DNA of 64,000 nucleotides from contig OU015567.1 of NCBI GenBank assembly GCA_907165135.1, positions 12,586,001-12,650,000 of the forward strand, given 5' to 3'. Shown here piece after piece: positions 63,144 through 64,000 of this stretch (its first letter is position 1; every line of letters begins with the position of its first letter). A program made the translations under genes and the position numbers. This stretch comes from Oikopleura dioica. Its lineage: Eukaryota; Animalia; Chordata. The notes beneath the pieces were generated by a model. The model did no database searches. It saw only the letters and a list, made by a program, of their open reading frames with translations, and had not been told where the DNA came from.

Positions 63144-64000
63144 ATTTTCAGGTTTAATTATCTAGTTCACCATAAACTCAAAATGGTAATTATGTACACG
63201 TAAATGGACGATTAGGCGAGATTAAGAATCGCTTGGTACAAATCTGGAGGTAATAAAGGATAGCGAGCGACCCAAGACTCAAGTGCGACCCAAGAGTTCG
63301 GCGCTATCTGCTACCTAGTAGAGAGTGAGCGGATGAAAGAATCAATCCTGGAATTCTTATTTTAGCTTGACTAATGAATATTAACTTGATGCAATGTGTG
63401 ATAGTTTTAACACCTTCAAGTTGAGTTTTTCAATGATCCTTCTAGTACCGGTAACGGCCCTCTTATTCGTTAGTAAATGGTCGAAGCATTATGGTGTGAA
63501 CAAGATGTGATTTCAAACAAAGTCGCCGTTATTATGATGAGAAAAAAAATATATTTAACTTATCTGTTGACTAGATTTTAGTAAGTCAAGGTCAGACCTG
63601 CTCTCAATCACGATACATCTGATGAGAACTGTAGTTTAATCCCTGTCTTTCTCTGAGGCTAAAAACTCGATCGACCTTTTTCTTGACAGGATACCGGCTC
63701 GCAATCAACGCAATCGTTGAAATCATCAAGCATATCCTTCCTATTCATATAAATATTGTTTTACATTTTTATGATATTTAATTGATTCTCATCTGGTGAC
63801 GTAACTTGCTGGTCATCAAATCTACCTTTTATGAAGTCTAAAAAGAGTGGGATGGATGGATATCAAAGCAGCACTTAGCGTGATTAATCAGGCGCGTTCC
63901 ACAGGTCCGCACAGTTTTCAGACGAATAGATGAGGGTGATGGATCGGCAACTGATGGATACGGAGTTTTTCTTCTTTGGACTCGGGTCAAAACTAGCTTT

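Overview
Gene-dense, AT-rich animal genomic DNA with many introns of about 30-60 nt, some apparently non-canonical GA-AG. It contains an intron-containing connexin (a chordate family) and strings of closely spaced co-oriented genes whose ATGs follow a 3' splice site. Together these point to a larvacean tunicate, most likely Oikopleura (inference). Recognisable genes: an apolipoprotein-L-like protein, a DEG/ENaC channel (disrupted), a flavin polyamine-oxidase-like enzyme, a secreted mucin-like protein with an ITIH C-terminal domain, POLR2M/Gdown1, GRIPAP1 (with an MRM3-like methyltransferase nested antisense in its first intron), a COX5B-like protein, an ARHGEF28/AKAP13-type RhoGEF, a GATAD2-like protein, VKOR, a class 3 lipase, a connexin, NUDT9 and a signal-peptide/coiled-coil/Kelch protein. 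The most striking non-genic signal is a set of non-autonomous DNA transposons with exact TIRs and TSDs: four hAT-like (8-bp TSD), two Kolobok-like (TTAA) and one Tc1/mariner-like (TA). Three are stacked inside one ENaC coding exon. One exonic hAT MITE carries a GT donor in its TIR and an AG acceptor at its TSD that would splice it out in frame, a candidate newborn intron. Exon structures were assembled by eye and family assignments rest on remembered motifs, not database searches.
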